In this document: piece by piece, positions 63,367 through 64,000 of the stretch
Position numbering within the stretch: position 1 is the first letter of the stretch
How the letters are laid out: each line of letters begins with the position of its first letter
Origin: Patescibacteria group bacterium
Lineage (GTDB): Bacteria > Patescibacteriota > Minisyncoccia > Minisyncoccales > PEYH01
DNA: 64,000 nt
Reading direction: 5' to 3'
NCBI GenBank assembly: GCA_018900835.1
Contig: JAHIFQ010000009.1
Span: 1,624-65,623 of the forward strand
The notes under the pieces: model-generated
The model's database searches: none
Told to the model about the DNA's origin: nothing
Seen by the model: the letters and a program-made list of their open reading frames with translations, nothing else
Program-made: the position numbers and the translations under genes

Positions 63367-63751
63367 TTCTCAAAAAGGAGCCACCCTATATTTCGCAATA
63401 ATCATAATGTCTATTTTACTGGCAGCGGTTTTTAGCATTAGTTCTATAGTGTTAACACAGATAAGGACTATCAAGGGAATGGGGGATTCAATAATAGCTT
63501 TCTACGCAGCTGACACTGGTATAGAAACAGCGTTGTATGACCTCTATAATGCCAATTATATTGGCCATTATGGGCCAGTATCGTTGGGCAGTGGGACATA
63601 TACTTATGAAGTATGGGTTACACAGCCAGTTGGCGGAGCATTACCCACAGAAATTTTAGAAGACATTAATTGCACAGCAGGCGAATATTATTGCATTAAA
63701 TCAGTCGGCACATATAATAATACCAAGAGGGCAATAGAAGCAGATGGTTAA
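63356..63751 (+). CDS. PilX-N-like minor pilus protein
   Basis: [27 protein letters not shown] anchor then [14 protein letters not shown] (PilX_N-type motif). Start is ATG 63356 or GTG 63335. Confidence 0.6.
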   Translation: MISNSQKGATLYFAIIIMSILLAAVFSISSIVLTQIRTIKGMGDSIIAFYAADTGIETALYDLYNANYIGHYGPVSLGSGTYTYEVWVTQPVGGALPTEILEDINCTAGEYYCIKSVGTYNNTKRAIEADG

Positions 63752-63771
63752 TAAACGATAAGTTTTTTATT

Positions 63772-64000
63772 ATGGATAAGGGGTCTGCAAAAAAAAGGAT
63801 AGAAAAACTCAAAAAGGTGATTAATTATCACCGTTATTTATATCATGTTTTAGATAAGCAGGAGATTTCTGACCCTGCTTTTGACTCTTTAAAAAACGAA
63901 CTTGTTGTTTTGGAAAAACAGTATCCAGATATGGTTACTAAAGATTCTCCGAGCCAGAGAGTTGGAGGAAAACCATTAGATAAGTTTGAAAAAATAGAAC
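63772..64000 (+). CDS. ligA: NAD-dependent DNA ligase LigA, N-terminal fragment (runs off the window)
   Basis: My translation from ATG 63772 gives [66 protein letters not shown], the LigA domain Ia/adenylation N-terminus pattern. It is open to base 64000 and is not in the ORF track. Confidence 0.8.
   Translation, partial: MDKGSAKKRIEKLKKVINYHRYLYHVLDKQEISDPAFDSLKNELVVLEKQYPDMVTKDSPSQRVGGKPLDKFEKIE

Overview
AT-rich, gene-dense bacterial DNA read with the standard code (long ORFs end at TAA, TAG and TGA). The gene content looks like a reduced Candidate Phyla Radiation/Patescibacteria (Parcubacteria-like) genome, an inference from gene content only. It has two type IV pilus-like gene sets without a secretin, ComFC, a short IF-2, free-standing LAGLIDADG genes, VirB2/TrbC-like pilin paralogs and almost no metabolism. 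Left to right: cupredoxin protein plus CopA; pilus set 1 (3.1-14.4 kb) with its own histidine kinase/receiver and only giant pilin-like proteins; a tRNA-flanked accessory islet (Fic, membrane protein, AbrB/RelE toxin-antitoxin, HTH-LAGLIDADG-like gene); housekeeping genes (tyrS, infB, rbfA, rplS, ftsH, rpsA, gyrA, tsaD, recG) interleaved with 19 intact tRNA genes; five secreted paralogs with a C-terminal two-TM pilin-like module (33.2-36.9 kb); an amino-sugar/polyprenyl-P/PMT glycosylation module (37.1-42.4 kb); a tRNA/LAGLIDADG/NYN islet; and pilus set 2 (52.2-63.8 kb) with pilT, pilD, two major pilins and four minor pilins, next to comFC, ending in a partial ligA. The most unusual signals are in the DNA and RNA rather than the proteins. 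(1) Degenerate 7-nt tandem arrays fill many gene junctions and also sit in frame inside tsaD and pilD. (2) A tRNA-Ile(UAU)-like locus has a 5' half and a 3' half separated by a 190-bp insert. That insert carries a complete paralog flanked by 36-38 bp inverted repeats. (3) A 13-nt duplication of the tRNA-Phe 5' end brackets a structured 101-nt insert. (4) Structured or palindromic leaders lie upstream of pilC2, pilA and pilD. All coordinates were counted by hand and no searches were run.
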